Part shown: piece after piece, positions 37,628 through 47,012 of the stretch
How positions within the stretch are numbered: the stretch's first letter is position 1
Layout of the letters: each line of letters opens with the position of its first letter
Virus record (IMG/VR): IMGVR_UViG_3300037454_000334
Location: 32,001-96,000 of that record
DNA: 64,000 bases
Source of the DNA: a virus
Lineage: Duplodnaviria; Caudoviricetes
Direction: 5' to 3' (one strand)
Program-made: the position numbers and the translations under genes
Notes under the pieces: model-generated
The model's input: the letters and a program-made list of their open reading frames with translations, nothing else
Told to the model about the DNA's origin: nothing
Database searches by the model: none

Positions 37628-38104
37628 TTACTTCTTTGGATCGACCAGCACCCAGTCGTCGCTGAGCATATCGGTCTGCGATGCCAGCCAGCCATTGACG
37701 ATGGAGCCGTCGGCGGCTTTCATACAGATGTACTGGGTAAAGAATCGCTCGCCCGACTCGTTGGGATGGGCCTTAACCCACTCCTTGAAGTTGTAGGGCA
37801 GCGACTTCACGGTTTCGGTGATAAAGTCGTCCTTCAGCGAGTCGAATGGTCGCATGAAGAGGAACATGCCCTTGCCGTTCCATCCCTGACGAGCCACGAG
37901 GAAGCCGTGCTTCAGCGAACCGATAGCCTGGCCAAAGGTTCCAGTCTCGCCTTCCTGCAGCTGCTCCATCGACTGTGCGCCTGCCACGAAGCACGTCTCC
38001 ATGTCGCCACGTGTAAACTTGCCGTCAAAGTCGGCGTTCTCACTCTTTTTCTGTGTCTCTACGGCCTGAATGTACTTCTCGGCCATTACGTCTGAATTTT
38101 GCAT
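37628..38104 (-). CDS. DUF2829 / Tad2-like anti-defence protein
   Basis: FGQAI..LK.G..VARQGWNGKGMF ... GWLASQTDMLSDDW signature. Confidence 0.82.
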   Translation of the reverse strand: MQNSDVMAEKYIQAVETQKKSENADFDGKFTRGDMETCFVAGAQSMEQLQEGETGTFGQAIGSLKHGFLVARQGWNGKGMFLFMRPFDSLKDDFITETVKSLPYNFKEWVKAHPNESGERFFTQYICMKAADGSIVNGWLASQTDMLSDDWVLVDPKK

Positions 38105-38133
38105 GATTACGAATGTTTTGAATGTTATTATTG

Positions 38134-38358
38134 TTATCTGTATATCAGTTTTCTTTTCTGTTTGAGTTGCTTGCCGCAGTAGGCGCAGTAGGTAATGGTA
38201 TAAAGTTCCCTAACGCCTGTGCGATATCGTTTCTTCGCTCGCCCTTTGTTTGTAGTGCGGTACTTATGCACGAACGAAAAATGTTCCTGCACTGGTTTAT
38301 GAAAGCCGAGCTTGCATTTCAGATTATCTAATATACTATTTATTGTCGTCTGCGACAT
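38134..38358 (-). CDS. hypothetical protein (CKLGFH...CAYCG)
   Basis: Zn-finger-like motif. Confidence 0.6.
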   Translation of the reverse strand: MSQTTINSILDNLKCKLGFHKPVQEHFSFVHKYRTTNKGRAKKRYRTGVRELYTITYCAYCGKQLKQKRKLIYR

Positions 38359-38372
38359 AGCTATTACTTTTT

Positions 38373-38428
38373 AATTGATACTTATGAATTTCCAAATTGA
38401 TACTTATGAATTTTAAATTGATACTTAT
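38373..38428. repeat. three direct AATTGATACTTAT repeats
   Basis: Copies at 38373, 38395, 38416. Confidence 0.85.
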
Positions 38429-38463
38429 CGCCTTAAAAACGTTACAAAACTAATTCCTTTAAA

Positions 38464-38694
38464 TCATCCTTTTGGGACATTAATCACGTCTAAATCCTTT
38501 TCGCACCAGATACATCTGTCATTCGTGTCGTCCATCAGCACAGTCGCGACATCACCGTGACTGCGGCTGAATGCCCGTTCAACCACTACTCCCGTCCTAC
38601 CTATATGCAGGGGAATCTTCAACGACCGGCATACCATGATGTCGTACTCCGACATCCTGGCCACCTTCACTCTATCGCCTATTTCCATAATCAT
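38464..38694 (-). CDS. hypothetical SH3-like small protein
   Basis: IGDRVKV...GRTGVVV. Confidence 0.6.
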   Translation of the reverse strand: MIMEIGDRVKVARMSEYDIMVCRSLKIPLHIGRTGVVVERAFSRSHGDVATVLMDDTNDRCIWCEKDLDVINVPKG

Positions 38695-38897
38695 TTTGTT
38701 TTTAGTCTGAAAATATGTTGTTATACTTTATATTCATCCAGATATGCCTTGCACTTGAAGCCCTTGCGCGTCAAAGATTGACAGCTCGCACGTCAAAGAG
38801 CAGAACCTTGCGCGTCAAATTCGTGGCTTAAATAGTGCTAATATCGTACTTGCACTCAAAACCTTTGACGGGGCGTCACACTTCTTGCTCTTTCATA

Positions 38898-39236
38898 TTA
38901 CTTCCCTCCATCGTCTATAAAGTCGTTACACTTGCCTTGCAGTCCGATCCTTACCTTGTCGCCAACCTTCCGTGCTCCGTGCTCGTCCAGTTCCACGTTG
39001 TCGCTGTCGCAGTCGAACATATACGGGCCTACCGTGTAGTCGTACCAAATATCGGTGCAGTGCTCGCAGAAGAAACAGCTACGTGGGTGAGCCATCACCG
39101 AGTAGTATTCGCAGGCATACTCTCTCGTCCGTTCCTCGGGCTTCATCACCTCGTCCAAACTATCAAGTATCTGCAATGATGCAAATCGTTCCTTGCTCAT
39201 AGTGCAAACGTCGTATGAAATTGTTTCTTGATCCAC
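38898..39236 (-). CDS. hypothetical Cys-containing protein
   Basis: SCFFCEHCTDIWYDY. Confidence 0.65.
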   Translation of the reverse strand: MDQETISYDVCTMSKERFASLQILDSLDEVMKPEERTREYACEYYSVMAHPRSCFFCEHCTDIWYDYTVGPYMFDCDSDNVELDEHGARKVGDKVRIGLQGKCNDFIDDGGK

Positions 39237-39487
39237 TCCCTCGGCATCGCGTCGATAACGATGGCCACAGTCTTAATGCCAGGCAGTACTTGAGTTATAG
39301 ACTCATAGCCATGATACCTTTCCCAATAAGGGTCTGGCTCAAACTCCATATCAAAACTGATGTTCTCGGGCTGCATCTGTTGACATAGGCGCAATTTCTT
39401 ATCCGTCCTGAACATTACCGGCGCATCGTCGGGCAGCATCTTGCACTGCTCGCTGTTCAATAGGTCTATTAAATCTTTCTTTGTCAT
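39197..39487 (-). CDS. hypothetical protein
   Basis: MTKKDLIDLL...LPDDAPV start typical of phage small proteins. Confidence 0.65.
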   Translation of the reverse strand: MTKKDLIDLLNSEQCKMLPDDAPVMFRTDKKLRLCQQMQPENISFDMEFEPDPYWERYHGYESITQVLPGIKTVAIVIDAMPREWIKKQFHTTFAL

Positions 39488-39515
39488 AATCCGTTAAATC
39501 CGTTTAATCCGTTGT

Positions 39516-39995
39516 TCATACCTTCCTGACCTTGATTAGTTCGGGATTGTCGTAGCGGTTGCCGACAATGGTACAGTGCTGTTCTTCCTCGCAGAGACAC
39601 CACAGCGGGAAGCCGCCGTAGATGCGCGGGTTGCACGGCTCGACGCTGGCGTAGAACATGCCGCTGCGGAATACGACCACGTACAGCTTCTGGTCTTTAT
39701 CCCATCGCACGATGTCACCCTCGTAGATGTCGCGCCCCGTCTTGTCCTGCAAGCCGCTGAACTGCCCGATGGTCTCTTCCATCACCGCCACCGAGTAAGG
39801 CCATCCGTCGCGGGTCATCGCCACGATGCTGGGCTGGTCAACTATTTTGTGACCCTTGCGCCACTTGTCGGCACCAGGCACGTTGAGCATCCTCGTGTCG
39901 GGTGTGCCAAACACAAAACCGTCCGTTGTCGGCACATCGTCCGACTCAAAGAAATAAGCCTTGTCGGGCTTCGCTCTGAATTTGATTTCTCTCAT
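39516..39995 (-). CDS. YopX family protein
   Basis: MREIKFRA, GQFSGLQDKTGRDIYEGDIV, IVGNRYDNPEL. Confidence 0.9.
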   Translation of the reverse strand: MREIKFRAKPDKAYFFESDDVPTTDGFVFGTPDTRMLNVPGADKWRKGHKIVDQPSIVAMTRDGWPYSVAVMEETIGQFSGLQDKTGRDIYEGDIVRWDKDQKLYVVVFRSGMFYASVEPCNPRIYGGFPLWCLCEEEQHCTIVGNRYDNPELIKVRKV

Positions 39996-40000
39996 AATCG

Positions 40001-40294
40001 TTAGTCCTTTTCGTTATATGATTCCAGATTCGTCAGTCTGCGCTTCAAGTCCTCGACCTCGGAGGCATAGATGCCCGTGAGCGCTTCGATGAGTTTGTCC
40101 GTGTGCCCTGCCGGCACTTGGAAATACTGCACGCCGACCTGCTTCCCGTCACGCTTGCGGAGGTCGAAGGCGACGTGCGCTATCGGTGTCGCATTGGCCG
40201 TCCTGACCTCGTTCAGTCGGTCTATCTCCTTCATAAAGTAGATGATGGCCTCACGCAGATGCCTCGCCGTCGGGTATAATTCTGCTTTCGTCAT
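40001..40294 (-). CDS. hypothetical protein
   Basis: 97-aa ORF. Confidence 0.65.
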   Translation of the reverse strand: MTKAELYPTARHLREAIIYFMKEIDRLNEVRTANATPIAHVAFDLRKRDGKQVGVQYFQVPAGHTDKLIEALTGIYASEVEDLKRRLTNLESYNEKD

Positions 40295-40306
40295 ATCGCC
40301 TTGCTT

Positions 40307-40861
40307 TTAGTCCCACTCGCTCTGGTCGAAGTCTTTCAGAAAGCGGAAGTTATACTTGATAATGTTCTCGGCCAGCGTCCGAATGTTCTCTGGCTGCTGC
40401 GGACATGGGGCCTTACTGATAGTGTGCTCCCGCATGTCGTGAACCAGCTTGCGACGGATGGTACCGTCCTCATTCACGCAGTCGATACGCCACGCCATCT
40501 TGCGCTGTCGGCTGGTGCAGTACCATTCGCCGGCACAGTCACCCTGCGGCGATAGGCGATGCAGCACCTCGTCCATTGTGTACGGTTCCTTGTCGAAATC
40601 GCGCTCTTCCTGCTTTGGCGGCTTTGGCATCGGGATGTGCGGCGGTATAATCACCGAACCCATATACTCCTGTGCCTTGTCAATCTTCCACTCGTCGATG
40701 CCGAGCGACTTCATCGCCTCGCGCATCCTCCAAGTCAGATGTGCCGTCACGCGGCAATAGAGCCATTCGTGTCGGCTCAATCCCCATAGTGCGCCAAATC
40801 CTGCGCCAAGGGCAAACGCCAATATTATGCCAATAATCATCGGGATAGTGTAATCTGTCAT
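40307..40861 (-). CDS. hypothetical protein with N-terminal TM
   Basis: Hydrophobic N-terminus. Confidence 0.65.
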   Translation of the reverse strand: MTDYTIPMIIGIILAFALGAGFGALWGLSRHEWLYCRVTAHLTWRMREAMKSLGIDEWKIDKAQEYMGSVIIPPHIPMPKPPKQEERDFDKEPYTMDEVLHRLSPQGDCAGEWYCTSRQRKMAWRIDCVNEDGTIRRKLVHDMREHTISKAPCPQQPENIRTLAENIIKYNFRFLKDFDQSEWD

Positions 40862-40866
40862 ATCTC

Positions 40867-41805
40867 CTAATAGTTTAATTCGTTAAATTCGTTGTCCTTA
40901 AAATACTCGCGGCACTTGAAGCCCTTGCGGGGTTCGTAGTCGAGAAAGTCCATCGTCTTGAACAGCCAGGCGCGGTTGGCCCAGCGGGCGATGTCGAGTT
41001 CATACTGCGAGGGCTGGCGCTGGTTCTGATAGTCGCGGTAAGGCTGCACGAATGGCAGTATGCCGAGGCGCTTCAATGTGCGCAGTCGGTGCAGATCCTG
41101 TTCGCGGGTGCTGTTGAATCCTACCAGCACGTAGCACGCTATCTTCGACGGTCGGATGTACTTGGTCATTGCCTGCAGCCGCTCTGTCAGGTCTATCTGC
41201 GGCAGGTCCCACGCGATATGGATGTAGCCCTTCATCCGAATGCTGTTCAGTGCCGCTGCCTGCTCTTCGTCCATAATGCGGATATCGACACCATGGAACT
41301 TCACGGGCAGCCGCTGTGCTTTGAGGTCTTCTATCGCCCACCGCCATTCGGGATTGGCGAAGAAGTTGTTGTCGAGCACCTCTATCCACTCGGCTCGCGG
41401 GTTCCACGCCATCGGCTCTACGGGGTGAATGGCACCCTCCTTGTCGTGAACCAGACAGAACGGACAGTGACGGATGCAGCCGCGCGAGTAGAACTGCACC
41501 GAGAAGGGATGCTGAGGATAAAGGTCGTAAGCCAGTCCGCAATAGCGGTCGACAGCCTCGGGCAGACGGCTTTTGATATCGTAGCCAGTACCCCCCCCTA
41601 AAAACTCGCTGGCGTGATATTCCAGACGGTTATAGTCTTGAGTAAACGTGAACACCTTCGAGGCATAGATGCGGTCGTAGCATCCGAACAGCGGCATGGC
41701 CCATTCAGCCGTGTCGCCCTGCTCGCGGTGCCACGATGCCAGTTTCATCAGCGCCACGTTCGGGAAGTTGTGCCCGTCAACGTCTATCAGTCCGATATTC
41801 ATCAC
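40867..41805 (-). CDS. radical SAM family protein
   Basis: SRGCIRHCPFC (CxxxCxxC); NFPNVALMKL N-terminus; internal G8 tract in frame. Confidence 0.85.
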   Translation of the reverse strand: MMNIGLIDVDGHNFPNVALMKLASWHREQGDTAEWAMPLFGCYDRIYASKVFTFTQDYNRLEYHASEFLGGGTGYDIKSRLPEAVDRYCGLAYDLYPQHPFSVQFYSRGCIRHCPFCLVHDKEGAIHPVEPMAWNPRAEWIEVLDNNFFANPEWRWAIEDLKAQRLPVKFHGVDIRIMDEEQAAALNSIRMKGYIHIAWDLPQIDLTERLQAMTKYIRPSKIACYVLVGFNSTREQDLHRLRTLKRLGILPFVQPYRDYQNQRQPSQYELDIARWANRAWLFKTMDFLDYEPRKGFKCREYFKDNEFNELNY

Positions 41806-41825
41806 TATTCACTATTCACTAATCA

Positions 41826-42943
41826 CTATTCACTAAACTTCAACTCCAGCTGGAGGAACTTCTCGGCGTACCATCGCTTGTATGACTTGCCGCTGATCCA
41901 CCATTCAAAGATGTTCTCGGCTATCTGGTGTTCCTGCTCCTCAGTCAAGCCGTCAGACGAGGAGCTGCCCGAAAACCCGAGCCACCATTGCGGGTCTGGA
42001 TGTGCGATGTACCCCCCCAGTTCCGACGGTGATGGGTCTCCAGTCGGCGCCAATACCGTACCACAGGGTTGGAATTGGTAAGACCTCTTTGAGATACCCC
42101 CCCCCCTCGTCGGATGTTGATGATGGCCTTGATCCATCCACGCTTCACATGCGGCCAGCGGTTCATCTCCTTCAGCTTCTGACGATAGCTGCTCATAGGA
42201 CAGCAGATACAGCCGATACGGGTATAGCCTTCGTCGTAGAGCGAACAGTGGGGCACGCGGCAGACGCGGTTCAGGAACTCCCACACGTCACGCTCGGTCC
42301 AGTGGATGATGGGCGAAATGAGCAGACTCTCCTTGCCGCTGATGCAGCCGACGGTGCGCTCGCCTGTGGCATTGGTGATGTTGACACCCTTGGGCGGTCG
42401 TCCCCGTCGCGGCTTGCTCAGCTTCTCCTCGCGGTACTGCTCGAAGCCTTCAAGGGTGCCGCTGAACTTACGGCTCGATATCTCCACCTCGTTGCGCTTC
42501 GCCCGTCGGGTGCTCTCCTGATGACGGATGCCTATCAGCGTCACCTTGCCCGCACCGGAATTCTCCTTATATTCGTTGCAGCACCAGCGCACCCGCTGGG
42601 TGGGTAGCAGACTTTTCTCCACTGCTATCTGGTAGATGCTCGCCTTGGGCTTGATGAGCTGCACCTCGGGGTAGTGCTGCTTCACGAATCGGATCACCTC
42701 GGGCGGGTCTACGCTCGTCAGGTTCATGTGCCCCTCGTATCGTACACCCGCCAACTGGGCAATATGCAGCAGGGCCTGAGAGTCTTTTCCTCCGCTGAAA
42801 GCAAGGTAATACCCCCCCCTACTGTCGTAAGCAAGAGCCAGACGCTCGGCTTTCTGCAGCAGACGGACGCTGTACTCCATCTTCTTCCGCAGCCCCAAAC
42901 TGGCCCGTGCCAACGCTTCGTCTAATGTCAGTTCAATATTCAT
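41826..42943 (-). pseudogene. PAPS-reductase-family protein, frameshifted at a G10 tract (probably phase-variable)
   Basis: LAFSGGKDS, RWCC, GIRHQESTRR, RIGCICCP; plausible C-terminus (AENIFEWWISGKSY) lies in another frame after G10 at 42097-42106. Confidence 0.8.
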
Positions 42944-42958
42944 TTTAATGTTTAATGT

Positions 42959-43291
42959 TTAATCTTTAATCTGCAACGGGTGATTGCTCTGCCTTGCCGA
43001 CCATTCCAGATTGGTGTAGTGGTTATTCTCCCTATCCCCGTCCTTGTGAAGCACGTAGGGCAGGTTGTCGGGGTTCGGCACGAATGCCTCGGCCACAAGT
43101 CGGTGAACCTTGAAGGTCTTGCCCTGCAGGCGAACACGCCGGTAGCCCTTGCCGTTGTAGGTGGCTATCTGATGCCAGGAAGAAGGATCGCTCTTCGGAT
43201 CGGTAGTGCTCCATACCAAGCCATCCATACCTATATAGTAATATGTTTTCCCTTTCTGATAGAAAAACAAACATTCATAACATTCTCTCAT
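42959..43291 (-). CDS. HNH endonuclease
   Basis: VHRLVAEAFVPNPDNLPYVLHKDGDRENNHYTNLEW. Confidence 0.88.
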   Translation of the reverse strand: MRECYECLFFYQKGKTYYYIGMDGLVWSTTDPKSDPSSWHQIATYNGKGYRRVRLQGKTFKVHRLVAEAFVPNPDNLPYVLHKDGDRENNHYTNLEWSARQSNHPLQIKD

Positions 43292-43303
43292 AACAATTAA
43301 TTT

Positions 43304-44080
43304 TTAAAACAACGTAGGCTGTCGCCTTATCTTGTCAATGCGCTGCTGAGCAATGGCGAAGTATTCGGGGTTGGTCTCGAAACCAATAAAGTGCCTTTTC
43401 TCCATCAATGCGGCCACGGCGGTCGTACCCGAACCGATGGTAGCGTCGAGAATTACCCCCCCCGTATTGCTGTAGGTCAGCACCAGATAGCGCAGCAGGT
43501 CAACGGGCTTCTGAGTGGGATGGGACTGATCCTCATTACAATGCACGGCCTGCTTGACGATGATGGAACGTGGATGCTTCTTATCCTTATACGTCGGATT
43601 AATGCGACCAACCTTGCCATAGCAGGAATTCTTCTCCTTGTGATTGCCGTGCCCCTGAGTATGGTTCCGTTCTCGACCATTCAGCGCCTCCATCTGAGGA
43701 TTATACGTGCCGAGTTTGCGATAGAAAACACAGATATCCTCGTGGTTACGTAAAGGCATTCTGTTCGCATTCAAAAAGCCCGTCGCCCTCACCTTATCCC
43801 AAATCAGATTGTACCGCCATATTTTTGGCTGGCTCATCATCAGTTTCGCCGTGAACATACCAGAACCAAAGAGTACAATGGGTGCATCAGGCTTGGTCAC
43901 TCTCAGGAACTGCTCCCACATCGGCTCCAGCGGGATGATGCTGTCCCACTGCCCGCCCTCGCTCTGTTCGTTCAGCACGCCGTAGGGCAGGTCGGTGATG
44001 ATAGCATCCACCATCCCGTCGGGTATGCGCTGCATCCCCACCAGGCAGTCTTCATTGTATATCTTGTCGAGTTCAATCAT
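43304..44080 (-). CDS. DNA methyltransferase (N6A/N4C, beta class)
   Basis: DLPY, HPTQKP, LDATIGSGTT; G8 tract in frame. Confidence 0.92.
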   Translation of the reverse strand: MIELDKIYNEDCLVGMQRIPDGMVDAIITDLPYGVLNEQSEGGQWDSIIPLEPMWEQFLRVTKPDAPIVLFGSGMFTAKLMMSQPKIWRYNLIWDKVRATGFLNANRMPLRNHEDICVFYRKLGTYNPQMEALNGRERNHTQGHGNHKEKNSCYGKVGRINPTYKDKKHPRSIIVKQAVHCNEDQSHPTQKPVDLLRYLVLTYSNTGGVILDATIGSGTTAVAALMEKRHFIGFETNPEYFAIAQQRIDKIRRQPTLF

Positions 44081-44445
44081 TTTTCAATCCCTAAGATGTC
44101 GTGATAAAAGTCCAGGGCCTTGCGGGTGGCGATGGATGCCTGGTGCTGTTCGTGTCGACGCTGGGCCTCAATTTGATACAGGCGATGGCGCTCACGTTTT
44201 TCAGCCTTTGCTTCGCGTCGTGCCTTCTCGTTCATATAGATGGTATTGCGCAGGTCGTTGTCGTCGATGATCTCGTTCAGCAGCTTCGTATTGTGCTTCA
44301 TGAGATAGTCCTTGATGACGTTCTGTGCCAGCCAGCTTTGATGCTCCATCAGGGCTTTAAGCAGCTGTTCGCCATCCACACGTAGAATGTGGCGATTCTG
44401 GTCGTCCATACCAACCACGTCGTTTATCTTCAAGTGTAACTCCAT
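44077..44445 (-). CDS. hypothetical protein
   Basis: 122 aa, ATGA overlap. Confidence 0.7.
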   Translation of the reverse strand: MELHLKINDVVGMDDQNRHILRVDGEQLLKALMEHQSWLAQNVIKDYLMKHNTKLLNEIIDDNDLRNTIYMNEKARREAKAEKRERHRLYQIEAQRRHEQHQASIATRKALDFYHDILGIEK

Positions 44446-44448
44446 AGT

Positions 44449-44781
44449 TTACCCCCCCATGTCGTCGGTCTTGAAGTCGCGCAGTCTCTCGCCGGTCACT
44501 CCGGCCTGTTCCTTAATCTCATTCATCAGTTCGGCAATCTTTGCGCCTCTTACAATGCGGCTCGTGGTGTCTTTATACGTCTTGGACAGAGCCTTACGCA
44601 CCTCATTGGCCTCGAATTCGTCACCGATGGTGATACAGTCGGCCAGACGGCTACGCAGTGTCGGCATCCGTTTACGTTGGTTCCAACTTGCCTTCTGACC
44701 GATGCGGTCTTTCAGCACGCCAAGAGCGGTGACTACGGTCAGCACCTGCTCGTCAGTTAATGTGATAGTTATTCCTTGCAT
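44449..44781 (-). CDS. hypothetical protein ending at a G7 tract
   Basis: Ends ATG GGG GGG TAA. Confidence 0.65.
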   Translation of the reverse strand: MQGITITLTDEQVLTVVTALGVLKDRIGQKASWNQRKRMPTLRSRLADCITIGDEFEANEVRKALSKTYKDTTSRIVRGAKIAELMNEIKEQAGVTGERLRDFKTDDMGG

Positions 44782-44811
44782 ATTTTCTCAGTCTATAAGT
44801 TGATGATGTCT

Positions 44812-45471
44812 CTAAAAATCCAGTTGCAGCTGATGGATGGTATGGCCTTGGGGTGTGCGGGTGATGTTCAGGCACTCACGGTCGAAACGCTCGCAGCCGT
44901 CAGCGTAGTAGTCGGGGTCAATCTCGCATCCCACGTAGTCGTAGCCCAGCTTGTAAGCAGCGATGCGCGATGACTGGCTTCCCATCATCGGGTCGAAGAT
45001 TACCCCCCCCGCAGGGGCGAACTGCTGCAACAGGAAGGCATACAGTTCAACGGGTTTCTGCGTGGGGTGTATCTTGTCACCGGTGCGGTTGTCGAAGCGG
45101 AACATCTTCGACGGACTGCTGAACGACGTCCAGGCATATTCGGCCTGTGAGAAGTTCGGCCAGGGCTGCATCTTATCCCAACAGACGAAGCAGCGCGTCG
45201 GAGGCAGCAGGAAGTAGTTGCCACCCCAGATGACCTGGTTCTCACTGACACGACGCAGCTCGTCGAAGAACGCCTGTGCGGGGGCCGTATCCCAACGGTC
45301 TATCTTGCCGTTGTTGAACACCCTGCCCCGCAGCTTGCCAGCACCACCCGTGGCACCCCCTGCGTCACGAATGCCGTAGGGCGGGTCGGCGATGGCAAGC
45401 GCAAAGGCGTTGTCGGGCAACGAGCGCATCAGCTCCATGCAGTCCATGTTATATGTCTCGCTCCTTGCCAT
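44812..45471 (-). CDS. DNA methyltransferase (N6A/N4C)
   Basis: DPPY, IWGGNYF, HPTQKP, FDPMMGSQSS; G8 tract in frame. Confidence 0.92.
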   Translation of the reverse strand: MARSETYNMDCMELMRSLPDNAFALAIADPPYGIRDAGGATGGAGKLRGRVFNNGKIDRWDTAPAQAFFDELRRVSENQVIWGGNYFLLPPTRCFVCWDKMQPWPNFSQAEYAWTSFSSPSKMFRFDNRTGDKIHPTQKPVELYAFLLQQFAPAGGVIFDPMMGSQSSRIAAYKLGYDYVGCEIDPDYYADGCERFDRECLNITRTPQGHTIHQLQLDF

Positions 45472-45474
45472 ATA

Positions 45475-46758
45475 TTACTCATTTACCAGCATCGGCATGG
45501 CCAGCAGGGTGAGGGTCGACTTGACGTCCTCCTCCTTGATGAGTGCGGCATGTGACGGGTCGCCAAGCAACAGGTGGAGGTTCTCGGTGGCGACACAGCC
45601 GAGCAGACCGGCGATGGTCGACATCTTGAAGCCGTAGATCTCACCCTCGGGCAACGTGGTATCTCCGGCATTCTGGATAGAAACGCGCTCGTTGCCGCTA
45701 CGCGAGAAGTCGTAGTCGGCAGCGTCAATCCTGAGTTCACTGCCCTGACGCACCATCGTGATCATGCCCGATGACTCACTGGCGAAGAGACCGACACGCT
45801 TGATGGCACCAGCCAGCGCACCGACGTTCATCGTGACAATCTTCTCGTTCTTCTTGGGGATGACACTCTCGTAGTTGGGATAGTTACCCTCCATCAACCG
45901 GCTGACGAGCACCACACCCTCGCGGCGCCACTCGATGCGCTGGGTGTCGGCGGTGACGTTCACCTGGTCGGCATCGGCGAAGATGTCGCAGATGGTAGGC
46001 AGCACGGCCTTCGGAACAATGAGCTTCGCAGAACCGTCGACGGGGAAGCTATGGTAGCCGAGCCATCCTGCACCCATATCGAACTGACGACGATAGAGCG
46101 TATGACCGTCGGAGGCGACGAGCACCATACGGTCGAGCCATACGTCGAGACACTCGGTATTCATCACCGGACGCAATTCGTCGTTGGCACAGCAGATGCG
46201 GGCCTGCTTGATATAGGGCATCAGCTGAGGACCACGAACGGTGAAGCTGCAGACGGGCGTAGCGGCAGACATGCCCTGCTCGCCGGACTGTACGCCCTCC
46301 ATCGTGACGACCTTCGCCATCGGCGGGAACTCAAGTGCCGCGTCGCAGGGGAAGGTGAACTCACCGATGCCGTAGTCGACACGCATCTGAATCTGCTCGC
46401 CACTCGTCTCGAACGACACACGGAGCATGTAGCCACCACGGGGCACGGCACTGATAGCCTCCTTCAAACGACGGAAGGGGATGCAGACGGCAGTGAAGCG
46501 GTCCTTGCTGTCGTCCTCATGGATCTGCGCCCAGGGCTGCATGGTCGTCTCATCGTCGACAGTCACGGGGTGGATGCAGTCCATCTTCAGCCACGACTCG
46601 GTGTCACTGCCCATGAGCCACACCATGTCGCGGTCGTTTTCGTAGCCAATCATGATGTCCTGGATGATCGGCAGTGCCGACTTGCTGGGGATGATGTTTG
46701 AAAACTGTCCGAGCGCCTTCTGGAAGGCCGCCGGCTCAAAAGTAAACATTGCTTTCAT
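45475..46758 (-). CDS. dnaN: DNA polymerase III beta sliding clamp homologue
   Basis: KSALPII, DELRPVMN, VASDGHTL, SRLMEGNYPNYESVIP, LAMPM. Confidence 0.9.
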   Translation of the reverse strand: MKAMFTFEPAAFQKALGQFSNIIPSKSALPIIQDIMIGYENDRDMVWLMGSDTESWLKMDCIHPVTVDDETTMQPWAQIHEDDSKDRFTAVCIPFRRLKEAISAVPRGGYMLRVSFETSGEQIQMRVDYGIGEFTFPCDAALEFPPMAKVVTMEGVQSGEQGMSAATPVCSFTVRGPQLMPYIKQARICCANDELRPVMNTECLDVWLDRMVLVASDGHTLYRRQFDMGAGWLGYHSFPVDGSAKLIVPKAVLPTICDIFADADQVNVTADTQRIEWRREGVVLVSRLMEGNYPNYESVIPKKNEKIVTMNVGALAGAIKRVGLFASESSGMITMVRQGSELRIDAADYDFSRSGNERVSIQNAGDTTLPEGEIYGFKMSTIAGLLGCVATENLHLLLGDPSHAALIKEEDVKSTLTLLAMPMLVNE

Positions 46759-46811
46759 AATTCTGATGGTTTTAAAAATAAACTCTTGTTATTTTGTCCT
46801 TATGTCTAAAA

Positions 46812-47012
46812 TTATTTGTTTCTTTTGTCTAAATCTCTCATCTGTGGATGGTCGAGGGCGACGCGCTCGAACTTCTTACCCTCGACACAGTGGCTGATGA
46901 CCGAGGGTGACGAGCGCTTCTCGGCAGGAGCCACGAGGAAACGAGCGTTGTGCAGGCACTGGCCTCGGTTGGGACAGTGTATGCCCCGGCAAAGGATCTT
47001 CTTACTGCTCAT
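46812..47012 (-). CDS. small Cys-containing hypothetical protein
   Basis: CRGIHCPNRGQC. Confidence 0.55.
   Translation of the reverse strand: MSSKKILCRGIHCPNRGQCLHNARFLVAPAEKRSSPSVISHCVEGKKFERVALDHPQMRDLDKRNK

Noticed and set aside
38835-38896. TGA-as-Trp recoding suggested by EV*RPVKG
   Set aside because: TGA is used as a normal stop elsewhere (ATGA overlaps) and long genes are intact under code 11; a pseudogene relic is more likely.
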